A stretch of 64,000 bases of DNA, taken from Torpedo marmorata. Taxonomy: Eukaryota. Below, one piece after another: positions 1 to 13,056 of this stretch. The DNA lies in NCBI GenBank assembly GCA_977017645.1, contig OZ360223.1, positions 221,154,001-221,218,000 on the forward strand, written 5' to 3'. How positions within the stretch are numbered: the first letter of the stretch is position 1; each line of letters begins with the position of its first letter. Position numbers and translations under genes: made by a program. The notes beneath the pieces are model-generated. The model saw only the letters and a program-made list of their open reading frames with translations, was not told where the DNA came from and made no database searches.

Positions 1-250
1 AAATCAATTTTCACCTCTCCTCTTATCATATCAAATTAACACCTTTTGTTGGCCTGGACTCCTCCCCCAGCTAGTCTTGTCTTTATTCAGACATCTTCCT
101 GTTCTTTGCTTATTCCTTGAAGAAGGGCTCTGGCCCGAAACGTCAGTAATATATCTTTACCTCCTATGGACGCTGAGACCAACTGAGTTCCTCCAGCATT
201 TCTGTGCGTTTTTACTACAACCACAGCGTCTGTAGACTTTCGTGTTTCAC
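1..250 (+). mobile_element. Penelope-like element 3' tail remnant with hammerhead-like motif
   Basis: TTGAAGA-AGGGCTCTGGCCC-GAAACGTC at 117-144. The tail that follows (ctgagttcctccagcattt...tctgtagacttt) matches the one after the GIY-YIG ORF at 60039-60899. Confidence 0.7.
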
Positions 251-842
251 AGCTTCTCAATGTCAAGCAAAGATGGCTAATTGATGTTGATCCCTCACCC
301 CAAAAAGAGTCCTTGATGAGATTTACCAGAGAGGTTCTGGAACTAATGGACTTTAGCTACAAGGTTGTCGAGTCATACAGCAGGGACACAGGCCCTTCAG
401 CTCACCATCTCCACAAAGTGCCCATCTACATTAATCCCACTTTTCAAGGCCCGAAGTCTTTCATGCCATGGCATTTCTAGTGTTTATTCAAGTATTTTGA
501 GCTGGTACTGTCCAACTAGTGGAAGTGGTCCTGTAATCTGGTTTGGGAGCTGGCTTCAGGGCTCAGATGTAGCAACAAGGACTAATAATACATTTCCAAA
601 TTTGAACAGAATGCATCTAGAAGAGGAACTCTTAGTTCTCATGCACCTGCGCCCTTCCCCTTCAATTTCATGGAGGGCAGAATATTAAAGGTGCAGTTGG
701 TAAGTAATTGCATTTTATAGAAGGTACATGCGGCTCTCATGGTACAATGGCAGTAGAGGAAATAAATATTTAGGAAGGTGAATTGGGTATTAATCAGGTG
801 GGCTACTCTGTCCAAGATAACTTTGAGTATTGTTGAGTATTG

Positions 843-957
843 CTCCGGTTTCCTCCCACCCTTCAAAACGTACGGGGGTTATAGGTTAATTGGGTGGCAC
901 GAGCTCGTGGGCCGGAAGGACCTGTTACCATGCTGTATGTCTAAATTTAAATTTTAA
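843..957 (+). mobile_element. 5'-truncated HE1-like tRNA SINE fragment
   Basis: ctccggtttcctcccacc...ctgttaccatgctgtatgtctaaatttaaa matches the reverse complement of the SINE at 26831-27062. Confidence 0.65.
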
Positions 958-1310
958 ACATTTTTAAATTACTCCAATCTCCCTCGGTGATTGATAGAAA
1001 GGCTGTGGCTTTACTAAACAAGAATTAAATGGATGGCATCAATTCTCTAACATACAAAATCTTACACAAGGTCAGAGGAATAAGAATGGAAAATGAACAA
1101 TCAACATTTGAAATCCAGATTACATGATAAAAGGTTTCATGCTTTTCAGCACATTTTATTTTTAATTTCTGGGATACTAGTTGAAAACTATGTCATCCCA
1201 CATTTCACAAAGTCAGAACTTGATCATCAGAAGACCTTTATCAACTTATTAAATCGAAGATAAACTCAGAAGGTCTCAGATATGAAATCCAACTCGTTAA
1301 AGTGAGTTAA

Positions 1311-1500
1311 AACCCCACCCCTACCCCCCACCATTTTGTTTGGACGCCTGTCGGCATTTTTCCACACCTTAACGAAGGGCTCAAGGCTGAAACGTTGGTT
1401 ATGCATCTTTGCTATATAAAGTACACTGTTTGACCTGCTGAGCTTCTCCAGCATTATGTTTTTACTTCAACCACGGTGTCTGCAGACTTTCGTGCTTTAC
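1311..1500 (+). mobile_element. Penelope-like element 3' tail remnant
   Basis: gaagggctcaaggctgaaacgttggttatg...tgacctgctgagcttctccagcat...ccacggtgtctgcagactttcg is close to the reverse complement of 60045-60182. Confidence 0.7.
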
Positions 1501-1684
1501 TTCATTAAAGTGAGTTTTGCCTTCATAACGGCAGTTTAGATTATAATCAAAAACTTTAACTGCACTCCCATTAGACAAAGTCACTTAAACCAAATGAATC
1601 TATCTGATCCTGCTATCCTACCATATCACACCCATCAAACCAATGCGCCGCTCAACAGTATGACCTTTAACAGCATTTATTTAC

Positions 1685-2890
1685 TGTTACGTACTAAACC
1701 AGCAGCAATGGTTTCATGACTTGTTCATGACAATAAATTCCGATAAATTCTGATTCTGGTAATTACCAAGACAATGGTATCTTCAAAAACAACAATTTTT
1801 ATTAATAACTATTAATAACATAACACTTCTTACTTAACTCTAACTTAACCCCACTATGCGCAAATATATATATTTGTGTGTGTGTGACAAAACCCAAACC
1901 ATTACAGTTTAAGCTTAATTCTGGAGATGATTTTAAATTATTGCATCAATAAAATCTCAGTCTCAGAAAGCTTTTGTGTTGAAACTCAGTCTTTACTGCT
2001 GTTCAAAAGCAATTATGGAGTAAGTGTGAGGCATCAGACTTCTCAAAACTCACAAATTTCTTGTAGAGTAGTTTTCAAAGAATTCTTTCTTCATACAAAT
2101 GATTTCCCCTCTTGCATGGAGGTTTCAGAACTTGTTTTTCTTCCACGATGATTTCACAAACCCAGGCAAGGGTTTCATGAAGTGCCATGGAGAAATGGAC
2201 ACAGCAGAACTGCCCTCTCTCTTAAAGAGACAGTCGGAAGTGGTCATTCTCTTTCGAAAGCCACTTATTCTGTGTTCTCCTTTGACCAGGAGTAACACTT
2301 AACAGTACCTTCTCTGGTTACTGTATTTCAATCCTGTATTACTTACAGGATGGCCAAGCAACTGCTTCTATCCTGTGTGATTTACAGGAATGTAAGGCGT
2401 CTTCTTCTGGTTTCAAAATGTCTGTTTTTCAGTAATATATTCTCTCAAAATGTCTTTAATCAAGTGACATGACATCATTTCTGTCTTTGAAGTTATAATG
2501 CTTTCTTCAAAAGTATGAATCATAAGCCCAGGACTCCGGCCTGTCTGCGCAGGTCATTGAAGAACTTGCTCATTTGAACAGATGCCATCTCTCAGCACAC
2601 ATTGTCTTAATTTCAATTCTAAAAACATAGGTAATGAACAGATGGTCTCTTGTTTTGACCAGCAATCCTTCTTGAGTACTTCAGTGTTATGGCTGTTTAC
2701 ATAGCTTCCACTGAACAATGGATTTATAGACAAACGGTCTCTTGAGATCTGCCAGCTTCCATTTCAAAGGACTCTGAGTATAATTGTGTGTCTGTAAAAT
2801 GTAAATGTATGTATATGTCCCTCCAGCCCACTTATTCCCTTACTAAAAAAATATATAATAACTAAAGATTAATAACACAAATCCGTCACA
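1685..2890 (-). mobile_element. Solo LTR (Gypsy/Gmr1-like) with 4-bp TSD
   Basis: Termini TGTTAC...GTCACA, flanked by TTAC at 1681-1684 and 2891-2894. Shares blocks (aaaccagca, ccccacta, accattacagt, GT run) with the LTRs at 55944 and 61691. Confidence 0.75.
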
Positions 2891-2894
2891 TTAC

Positions 2895-3065
2895 CTTTGG
2901 TGATATTAAGTTCCTTCACAGTGTAGCCCTCCCGTAATCTTACAGACACCACACTGGTAAGGTCTGCATGCACCTCATTCTCAGCATGCTTCTTTCGTCT
3001 CAAGGCCAGTGCTGGATTACTGCTGGCAGACACGAGGTGTTCATTGAACAATTTGTGCTGAGACA
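2895..3065 (-). CDS. SZT2: SZT2 (KICSTOR subunit) coding exon 9
   Basis: (V)[35 protein letters not shown]...[14 protein letters not shown]; AG/GT boundaries; 171 nt. Confidence 0.95.
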
Positions 3066-3168
3066 CTAGGTTTAAAGAAAAAAAAAACAACAAATTAAAA
3101 TTAAACAGTCAAACGCCTAATAGAACTAAATAGGTAAACACCCTATAAACCTTTGTCGATATACTTGC

Positions 3169-3379
3169 CACAGTAATACTCTGGGTTCATGGACTCTCCA
3201 TGTCTCAAGAAGCTGTACAACAAGAACGCTTTGTGATACGCATTCATGTTCAGGTTATTTTCAGTAATTTCTGGGTATGTGGACATGTAAGAGCCAAATG
3301 TGGCCATGGCAATAAACTTCATGAGCTCCAAGTTGGGTACATAACCAAAGCTGCAGTCATACGAGTACACACCTCCAAC
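3169..3379 (-). CDS. SZT2: SZT2 coding exon 8 (GC donor)
   Basis: [31 protein letters not shown]...NPEYYC; 211 nt; donor reads G|gcaagt. Confidence 0.93.
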
Positions 3380-3462
3380 CTGCAAAAACCACAGCAAGGT
3401 TTATAGCACACAGAACAACCTGCCATATCGAGGTGAAAAGTTTCAGTTTAAAAAAAAATCAC

Positions 3463-3569
3463 CTGGATAAAAGAACAGGCAATCATGCCACAGCGTAGTT
3501 GGTTTAACAACGTTTCACATACTCCAATATCTGGTACACTTGTTACACCATCAGTAATGATTATAATAC
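3463..3569 (-). CDS. SZT2: SZT2 coding exon 7
   Basis: (G)[35 protein letters not shown]; AG/GT; 107 nt. Confidence 0.95.
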
Positions 3570-4454
3570 CTACAAAAGAAGCAAATCCATTCAGTGAGAA
3601 CATTACAAATCCTTTGCTGAAAAATGAACTATTACTTTGTTATCCATTTCTGGCTCAGGGATCAGCGAGGGATCACTGTTTGATAATCATCTAAAATGTT
3701 CATAATCGCAAAAACTAAAACAAAAATAAAGTTCAGGTGAAGGTCCAATGTAACTTTTCATTGCAAATTACAGGCAAAGATAATTCTTCATATTCATTTT
3801 GTGAAACTCAAGGATCCAACACATTTTATTTCAGCTTGGATCAATCTGGCAGCCATCATTTACTGTTCAAATATCATTCCATTGTTCATGATGGAAAATT
3901 AGCAGTTTGCATTCAATGTTCACATGAGCAAGACCACTGAATTTGGCCACTATAAACATAAAATTTCCTCTTGCTCTATTGAAGATTTAAGGAGATCTCA
4001 ACCTTCCAGGTTTAGCATTCATTGTTGTTTTTCTATTCTTCAGGTTTTCTCTCACGTGAACCATTTCCTCTGGAACAAACTGACAAGCCCTGCCATTCTT
4101 AAGGCAGCATTAACGACATTTTCAGAGTTTATCCCTCCCTGCCAACATGCCTATCACAATAGGAATCCAAGATTATGTACCAGATAACCACTCTGGCACA
4201 CGACTATAAGGGGCGCCGGGCAATTTCTGCTGATGGCAAATCATTGTCTGCCTTACAGTAGACTAAATGAATTTGTGTAATATTACATTTGTTTTGTTAC
4301 ATGACAATAAAAGAATCTTGACTAAAAGAAATCAATTGATGAAGCAGAGATCTGAAGTAAACAATATCTTATTTATGGGACTTCTAGGAAGCAATTGATT
4401 GCTTTTGGATTTAAACAGTAGGAAAAAAAAGAGACACCACTGGCAATTACTAAC

Positions 4455-4617
4455 CTGCACTGGAATTGGATGGCAGTAACTGAAGTGCAAGAATACCATT
4501 GCGGATCATATTGACAAGCCCCATATCTGATGTTACCATGGAAAAAGCCATCTTCCGTGAAGGCTGATCATAAAAAACATCAGCACTATCACCTTGGGAT
4601 AAAGTCGACCGATCAGA
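4455..4617 (-). CDS. SZT2: SZT2 coding exon 6
   Basis: SDRSTLSQGDSADVFYDQPSRKMAFSMVTSDMGLVNMIRNGILALQLLPSNSSA; AG/GT; phases fit neighbouring exons. Confidence 0.9.
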
Positions 4618-5016
4618 CTGCAATTTCAGGAGAAAAAAAATTAGATTTGTAAAACAGCTTGGAGCAGCTAGCTAAATAAAAGCAAAACTCAGATTGTTTT
4701 AAAAGATATTTGTGATAATTTTTTTTAAAAAAAACATGCAGCTCTCAATGACATCAAAACCAAAGATGATGGCATGATCCAACTTTGGCTCCAGAGCCCA
4801 GGAGGTCCAGTTAACTGCCTCATTTTGTATTCCCAGTGAAAATTAACATGCAGATTAGAAAGGTAAACAACATACTGAAGTATAACAGGCCCTTTGCTAT
4901 ACCAAAGTACAATTGTCACCTCTTACTTTAGACTCTCCAACACTGTCAATCAGCACAAAAAATAACAAGACCATACGAGGCTATGACGCTCATTCTCATC
5001 CTCCTTAGATACTGAC

Positions 5017-5148
5017 CTGTGCTTTGGGCTTGTAATGTTGTTGAAGAACTTCAGCTACATTGTTTTCAAATGCTCGCAATTGCTGATAGATATTCTGGTG
5101 GAAAGTTTCTAAATTGGCTTGATCCAACAGACAGCCTTGAACTAGAAC
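5017..5148 (-). CDS. SZT2: SZT2 coding exon 5
   Basis: VLVQGCLLDQANLETFHQNIYQQLRAFENNVAEVLQQHYKPKAQ; AG/GT; 132 nt. Confidence 0.95.
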
Positions 5149-6367
5149 CTATAGCAAAAGACAATGACAAATTCAGTTGTAAGAATATTTTCTACATGCT
5201 CATATAAGCAGACATAATATAATCAGCAGAGATGGGATAAACTTATGTAACAATGGGTAATTATTTATTCTGGCCATTACATTTTTGTATAACTATATGT
5301 GTCTTATGCTATTAAAAGGAGAGAAACAATCTATAAATGAAATGCTCCACATGCTTAAAATCCGAAAAGAAAACAGAAAATGCTGGAAATATTTAGCAAG
5401 CCAAGCAGCATCTGTGTAGAGTTAACATTTCAGGTTGATATCCTTGCTTTTAAAATGGACATGTCAGAACTAAAACAAGTTTGAAGTGGCAGACTAAGGG
5501 GAAAGCAGCAGCAAAGAAAGGGAGGGTATATAATAGGGTGAAGACTGATAGATTGAGTAACACAAGTAGTAGAGGTGGCAGCTGAGAGAAGTAATAGGAG
5601 TAATTTTTCACCATCTCTGGAGGAGCTATACATGGATGACAAATAAAATCCAAAATTACCAGAAATAAACTGAACACGAAAAGCGCTAGATGCAAAGGTG
5701 TAAACGAATGATCCAAAATTAGAGAATTGCCCAACGCAAGCTCGGAGAATTGTACGTTATCTTCCAATTAGCATGTTACCCTCACCTGCACTGAACAATG
5801 ATTTCAACAACTTCAGATTAAAAGCCATTCTAGCCTTTTATTTCACTTTTTAGTGTTCAACTTTTTCTCTCTCCTTTTTTGGTGACTTCCGATTTCATCA
5901 TCTGCAGATATACCTATAGTAATTCACTAGTCTTTACCAACTTTCCACCACCACCACGTGTGTCACTCAACCTCACACACTATCTTATCACAGTCCTCCC
6001 CTTCTCTCTGCAACAAAAAAAACTTTTTATTTCTCACTTTTCCCAGTTTTGGATAATAGTTATTCACCTGAAACTCTATCTCTCGGCACAGATCTTGTGT
6101 GACCTGCTGAGAACTTTTCTCATGATACATTTTCATGTGAGAAATTATCCAAACTGAAATGGGTAATCTGCTCCAATTTGTTGGACCGATAACTGGCTCC
6201 CTTAACTAAAGAAGAGCATAAGAAATAAAAGGACATGGTCATTTGGCCTCTTGAGCCTGCTCTGCCATTCAATAAGAACAAGACTAATTGTATAAACATA
6301 ATAAATCATCTTTGAACAGGCAGCCTCAGGCAAGGTAAAACAGTCTTAAAAATTAAGAAGTGCCTAC

Positions 6368-6538
6368 CTGGTGAGTTTGAAGTCCAATGATGGAAGAATA
6401 AGCAAGGATTGTAATGAAGATCTCTGGCTGAAACACTATGTCTGTACCTGGGACCTTAAACGGATGCAGCAATTCCACTAAACACCTCGAGAGTGCGTGA
6501 AATACTTCATCAAAAATCAGCTCACCAGTGGAATCATC
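6368..6538 (-). CDS. SZT2: SZT2 coding exon 4
   Basis: [20 protein letters not shown]...[12 protein letters not shown]; AG/GT; 171 nt. Confidence 0.96.
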
Positions 6539-8908
6539 CTGAGGAAGAAACAAAAATATTCATTTAATTTGAGAAATAAATGTTCAAAAAGAGAAAAAAT
6601 AGCCTTTAAAGGTCAATGATTTGTTTCAAATATGTTCTTATTATGCACAAAATAACAAGCACAATTGAAAAGAAAGAAAATCTCAGATCAATAAAGAACC
6701 TTTCACCTCCCCTACGTTACTTTGTAGCCCAAAATTGTGTCAATACCTCAAAAGCACATCAAAGAAACTACTTTGGAACATCCTCAAAGGGAGCAAAAAC
6801 AAATATACAACTGCAAATGTCTTTTTCTTCCTTTCTTAATTTTTTTCAGAACTTCGGTTGATACCTTTGTAGTGTTAAAATCACATTTTAAAAGTTTGTC
6901 CTTTTTTTGAATCCTTCTAGTCTGATCCCTCCCTATTTCAGTGGCTGTCCAGTGCCTCAAATTATCTGCACTTCAATTGAATTTAATTGCTCCCACATTG
7001 GCAATCATTCCCACAACTCTGGAAATTAAAAAAAACCCTGCAGATGCTGGAAATCTGAAATAAAACAAATGCTGGAAATACTCTGCACGTCAGATTCCTT
7101 CTGTGGAAAGACAAAGTTAATACTTCAGGTCAAAGACCCTTCATTCTGACTTGCTGAACAACTCCAGCATTTCACTAATCCAACCTGTTCACTACCTCCC
7201 TTTCTTTCAATACAATAAAGCTTAAACCCCATTTTTCTGATTAAGCTTGTGATCATCTGACCAGATATCTTCTCATGTGGTTCAGCATCAGTTCTATTTT
7301 TTATAATAGTATTATTCTTATATTTGCAAATACAGAACAGTCATTACTGTCAGATATTATATACTGCAAACAAAATGTGTGATATGCATGTTTTAGGAGG
7401 GCAGTTGATGGCAGACAAATTTTTGAGAAATTGCCACCATAATTTTCCCTATTATAGTAAGTAATATAGTAAGAACATTTTTTTATTAGGCAGCCCTTAC
7501 TTTCATTTGTTATCTGACGGAAAACATTATGGGGCATGGACATTCTTTCAATATTAATGTGGAGCTTGAATCACGGACCCAGGAGAACAATTAACATACA
7601 AGCAAACAGACAAAATAAACTTATTCACAGAGTAATCATATGGAACCATAAACTTAAGAAATGGTTATTAAATTTTAAAAGTAAGCATTTTTATTTTAGC
7701 ACTGAGTTTGTTGAATTTCTCATCTTTGATAAGTAGATTGCTTTTAATACATTCTTAATGGAGGAAGGGAGTTGTAAAACCTTTGGACTGTTCAGATTTT
7801 AGAGATTCTATTCTGTTTGGTCATCATATGCATAAATAACCACTCAACATGAAAACAACATCAAAAATAACCACACAACATGATGCAAAACTGGGCGACG
7901 TGCAAAGTTCTACATTCACATAAAAACATGATTTTATTTGGAAGTCAGGCAGGGTCAAAGCTGCAAAATATCTCTTCTCAACCAAATATAACAATGTGCC
8001 ATTATTGAAGGATGTTCAAGGTAGTAAAACAACCCAAGGAATTTCAATGGGATGTGACAAAACCAAACTTGGCACTGATGTTAGGACAAGTGATTTAAAC
8101 TGAGATGGAGGAGATAAGTTTCAAAGAAATCTATAAGCCAACATCATAAAGGACTCCCATTTCCCTGGTCACAACCCCTTCTCACTGATACCTTCAGGAA
8201 GAAGGTACAGAAACCTGAAGTCTGGCATCTAAAGGTTCAAGAACAGTTTCCCCCTCCCCCCCCCCAATGGCTACTCGGCTCTTGAACCTTTCCTTAATCC
8301 CCCAACCATAAACTACTCTGGCGCCACAAAAATTCCTGTCTGCACTATTGAAACAACACTTATTTTTTCTTGCAATAATTACAACTGAAAATATTTATTA
8401 TCTATCTATCTTCTATATTTATTATCTCTTTATAAGATTGGAGTGTTTTTTTTTAAACAAAAATACCTACTTGGCTGCAGCAAGTAAAGCTTAGGAGCAT
8501 ACACACATTGTACTTATATGTATGACATATGTATGAGAGAAAGAAAATGGAGGGTTATGGGCTCTGAGGGAGGGAAGGGTTAGGTTGATGTGGAGTAAGT
8601 TTACAAAGGTTGGCACAACATCGCAGGTCAAAGGGCCCGACCTGTGCTGTACTCCTATATACAAGCAGCAAGGAGAAGTTTAGGGATTTGTCAACAGGAT
8701 AGAAGAAAGAACAATATGTATAAAGACCCCTTTTCACATCAATGAAGGACAGGCGACTCACTGTAGAAAAACCTGTGGAACATCCATCACTCATAAAAAG
8801 ATGTCTATCGACTGCATGAAACTTGACAAACATCAGACAGTAATATCTTGGAAATTAACAAAGCCCAGACATCATTCATATAGACTCAAAGCAACTTCAG
8901 AAAAACTA

Positions 8909-11900
8909 CCGTTTGTACTCGTGTCGAGTTTTTTGGACCAATTTTTCAGGTCAAATTTAGGGGGGGTCGACTTTTACACGGGTCATACTTTTGACCGCGG
9001 TACGTACTTGTGTCGCTCAAGGCGTCAGGAGCTCGGATGGCCGGGACCAGGTGGTGAGTCCACGTTCGGGATGTCGGAAGCTCGGATAGGTGGGCGGCTG
9101 GGGCCTAGGAGAGAGTCTGTGGCCACAGCGTCGGGAGCTTGGATGGGCGGCCAGGGCGAGGGTCCACAGTTGGGGAGTCGGGAGCTCCGGTGGGCGGGGG
9201 TCCGGAGCGAGGATTCACAGTCGGGGCAGTGGGGGGTCAGGCCAAAATTTAGGGGGGGGTCGACTTTTACACGGGTCATACGGAAAACACACTATTTTTG
9301 GGCCAAAAACGGAGGGGGGTCAACTATTACACGATCATTCTTTGAAAAGTAATAAATTTACCAGCTTCAAAACAATCATTTATTTTCTTAATTCCTTTTT
9401 GAAACCAAATTTTAAATAATTGATTATTAACAGTAAATGGAATAAGTTCATTTTGATATAGAGGCATTTTTGGAGAAATCGATCCTTTTCCTCCTATTTC
9501 CTTATCCACTCTTCCATATTTCTAGCAAATGTTTAAAGATAGGAGAGTTTTTCCTTCTTGTCGATATTAATTTAGAATTCCATTTATAAATAACTTCTTC
9601 TTTGGATTCTTCTCCTATATTATTTAATTCTATTCTAATCCAGGCGGAAGATTTAGTTAAATCAAAAAGTTCATTAACAAATTTTAATTGAGCTGCTTTA
9701 TAATAATTTTGAAAGTTAGGAAGTTGTAAACCACCCATTTCATAGTTCCAAGTTAATTTCTCTATACCTACCCTAGCCAACTTTCCTTTCCACAAAAACT
9801 TCCTAATAATTGAGTTTAGATCTTTAAAAAATTTTTGAGGAATTTCATAAGGAATTGATTGAAAAAGATATTGAATTCTTGGAAAAACATTCATTTTAAT
9901 ACAATTTACCCTTCCCATTAAAGTTATAGGTAAATCCTTCCAACTCTCTAAATCTTTTTTAATTTTCATAAACAATGGTAAATAATTTAATTTATATAAA
10001 TTAACTAATTTTGTATCAATCTTTATTCCCAAATATTTAATTCCTTCTTTTGACCATTTAAATTGTGTAATTTCTTTACATTTACTATAATCCCCTTGCG
10101 TTAATGCCATAATTTCACTTTTATCAGAATTAATCTTATAACCAGATATTTCCCCATATTCTCTCAATAAAGCAGTCAATTGTACTAAAGAAGTAATAGG
10201 TTTTGTCATGTATATCAATACATCATCTGCAAATAAACTAATTTTATGCTCTTCCCTTCCAACTTTAATACCTACAATCGTAACATCTTGTCTAACTAAT
10301 TCTGCCAAAGGTTCTATCGCTAAAGTAAACAATGCTGGTGACAAAGGTCATCCTTGTCTAGTTGACCTTGTCAGAGGGAATCTTGAAGAAATTTGTCCAT
10401 TTGTAACTACTTTAGCAGATGGTTCTTTATATATAGTTTTAATCCAGTTAATAAATGTAGTTCCAAAACCAAATTTTTCCAATACCTTAAATAAAAAATT
10501 CCACTCTAATCTATCAAAAGCCTTTTCAGCATCTAACATTAATACTAATGGTAAATCTTCCTTCTTTTTATGCAGATTAATTAAACTAATTAATCTAGCT
10601 ATATTATCTTTTGAATATCTATTTTTAATAAAACCAGCTTGATCTACATGGATTAAATCTGGTAGATAATTAGCCATTCTATTTGCTAAAATTTTTGCCA
10701 TTATCTTATAATCCACATTTAACAATGAAATAGGTGTACATGATTCTGTTTTCAACACATCTCTATCTTTTTTAGGTATAACTGTAATTATTGCATTTGA
10801 AAATGTATCCGATAACGAATGTGTTTTCGTAATTTGTTTCAACACATCCATATACAGAGGTATCAATAGATCTTTAAACTCCTTATAAAATTCTAATGGA
10901 AAACCATCTTCCCCTGGAGATTTACTACTCGTTAAAGAAGAACCTCATTAACTTCCCTCATTGAGAAAGGCGAGTCCAAAAATTCCTTACTTTGAATATT
11001 TAATCTAGGTAACTTAATTTTAGATAAAAATCTATTAATTTTAGAATCATCTTGATCAATCTGAGGTTTATATAAATTCAAATAATAATCTTTAAAAGAA
11101 TCATTTATTTCTCGAGGTTTATACGTTATTTCCTTAGAATTCTTTTTTTTTTTTAAATAGCATTTATAGCTGGTAAATTTATTACTTTTCAAAGAATGAA
11201 AGATAAATTTAATATAATGGATAATACACTTTTTGCTTATTACCAAATTAGAGCATTTTTGGTTGGGAAATTAGGTTATAGCTTGACTTTACTAAGGCAG
11301 AATGAATTAGAATTATTAGTTACTAAGGGAGATGTAAATAAATTTATTTCTCAAATGTATAGATTGTTTCAGAGAAAAATTCCTAAAGTAGGAATTCATA
11401 AATCAAGATTAAAGTGGGAATTAGATTTAAATGTAACAATAGATGAAGATCATTGGAAAGAATTATGTAAACTAAGTATGACGAAGATTATTAATGTTAG
11501 ATATAGACTAGTACAATATAATTTTTTTCATCAATTATATTTAACACCTAAAAAGTTAAAGAAATTCAATGCGACATTATCAGGTTTATGTTTTAGATGT
11601 AATAGAGAGGAAGGTTCTTTTGTACATTCTACATGGTTTTGTCCAAAAGTTTATGATTTTTGGTTGAAAGTTTAAAAAAATTTAGACAAAGTATTAAAAA
11701 TTACATTCCCAATGGACCCTATGATATTTCTGTTTGGAGATATTAAAAAAGTTAGTATTAAGATTAAATTAAATATGTATCAAATAGAATTTTTGCAAAT
11801 TGCTTTAGCTGTTTCAAAGAAATGTATTGCTATTACTTGAAAATCTGATGTAGATTTAGGGTTAGAAAGATGGCATGCAGAACTTCGTTCATGTATGCCA

Positions 11901-12766
11901 CTTGAAAAAATTACTTACAATTTACGTAATAAATACCATTTCTTTTTGAAAATATGGAGCCCATATATGAAGGTTGTTGTTTTAAGGATTTGAAGATCTC
12001 TGGACATCGGATCTGACTGGCGAACCTAACCTCCATAATAAAATTAGTTTATAGATGTATTTTTTAGATTGACATTCTCCTTATTCTCTCTTTTTCTTTC
12101 TTTTTTATTTTTATTTTAGTAGATTAGTAGGGATGGGAGAGTTAGGGAGGGGAGGGTGGGTGAAAATGTATCACAAGTATTTTGTTAATTTTATATTTTA
12201 CCTTATGTATTTTGTGATTTAAAATTTTAAATAAAATATTTTTTAAAAAGATGAGATTAAATATGTATCAAATAGAATTTTTGCGAATTGCTTTAGCTGT
12301 TTCTAAGAAATGCATTGCTATTACATGGAAGTCTGATGTAGATTTAGGGTTAGAGAGATGGCATGCAGAACTTTGTTCATGTATACCACTTGAAAAAATT
12401 ACTTATAATTTACGTAATAAGTATCATTTCTTTTTGAAAATATGGAGCCCATATATTAAAACTGTTGGTTTAAGGATGTGAAGATCTCTGGATATCAGAT
12501 CTGACTGGCGAACCTATCTTCCACAATAAAATCAGTTTATAGTTCTTTTTTAGATTGACATTCTCCTTACTCTATCTTTCTCTTTCCTTCTTTCTTTCTT
12601 TTTATTTTAGTAGATTAGTAGGGGTGGGAGGGTTAGGGAGGGGAGGGAGGGGGGTGAAAATGTATCACATGTATTTTGATAATTTCATATTTTATTTTAT
12701 GTATTTTGTGATTAAAAAATTTTAAATAATTTTTTTTTTTTAAAAACTATTACACGATCATATAGG
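8909..12766. mobile_element. Tc1/mariner-pogo-type MITE (TA TSD) split by an L1 insertion
   Basis: Termini TA|CCGTTTGTACTCGTGT ... ACACGATCATATAGG|TA. Internal direct repeats aaatttagggggggtcgacttttacacgggtcatac at ~8954 and ~9246. Confidence 0.6.
9339..12744 (+). mobile_element. L1-clade LINE, 5'-truncated, 5'-inverted, duplicated 3' end
   Basis: RT motifs (LDAEKAFDR, TRQG, LFADD, YLG) on minus at 9339-11167. ORF2 C-terminus with Cys/His motif (CFRC..HSTWFCP) on plus from 11169. 17-bp TSD AACTATTACACGATCAT at 9322 and 12745. Confidence 0.9.
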
Positions 12767-13056
12767 TATAGTTTGAATAATCCAATGAACAATTATTTCC
12801 ATACAAATGACAATGGCAGGATTCAACAAGACATTTTACGTACAAAATACTGAAGCAACTAATTTTAAAGAATCATATTAAATTATTCTGATTAGCAATT
12901 ATATGAACTTTTATTTGCTACAAAAAACATAGGAAAGGTACGTTACAAGCATTTATAATCTGTTATTAACAAAAGTATCAAACTTGAACTGTTGATTAAG
13001 TTCCTAATGCTAATTCAAATGCAGTTATCTGACTTCCAAATATGACAATTACTTAC

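Noticed and set aside
1-2894. SZT2 exon 10
   Set aside because: I could not find the expected GSQLEVKLVLLWKHN-like sequence; it probably lies left of the window.
8801-9419. 183-aa and 109-aa ORFs
   Set aside because: They run through a GC-rich MITE interior and show no protein similarity that I recognise.
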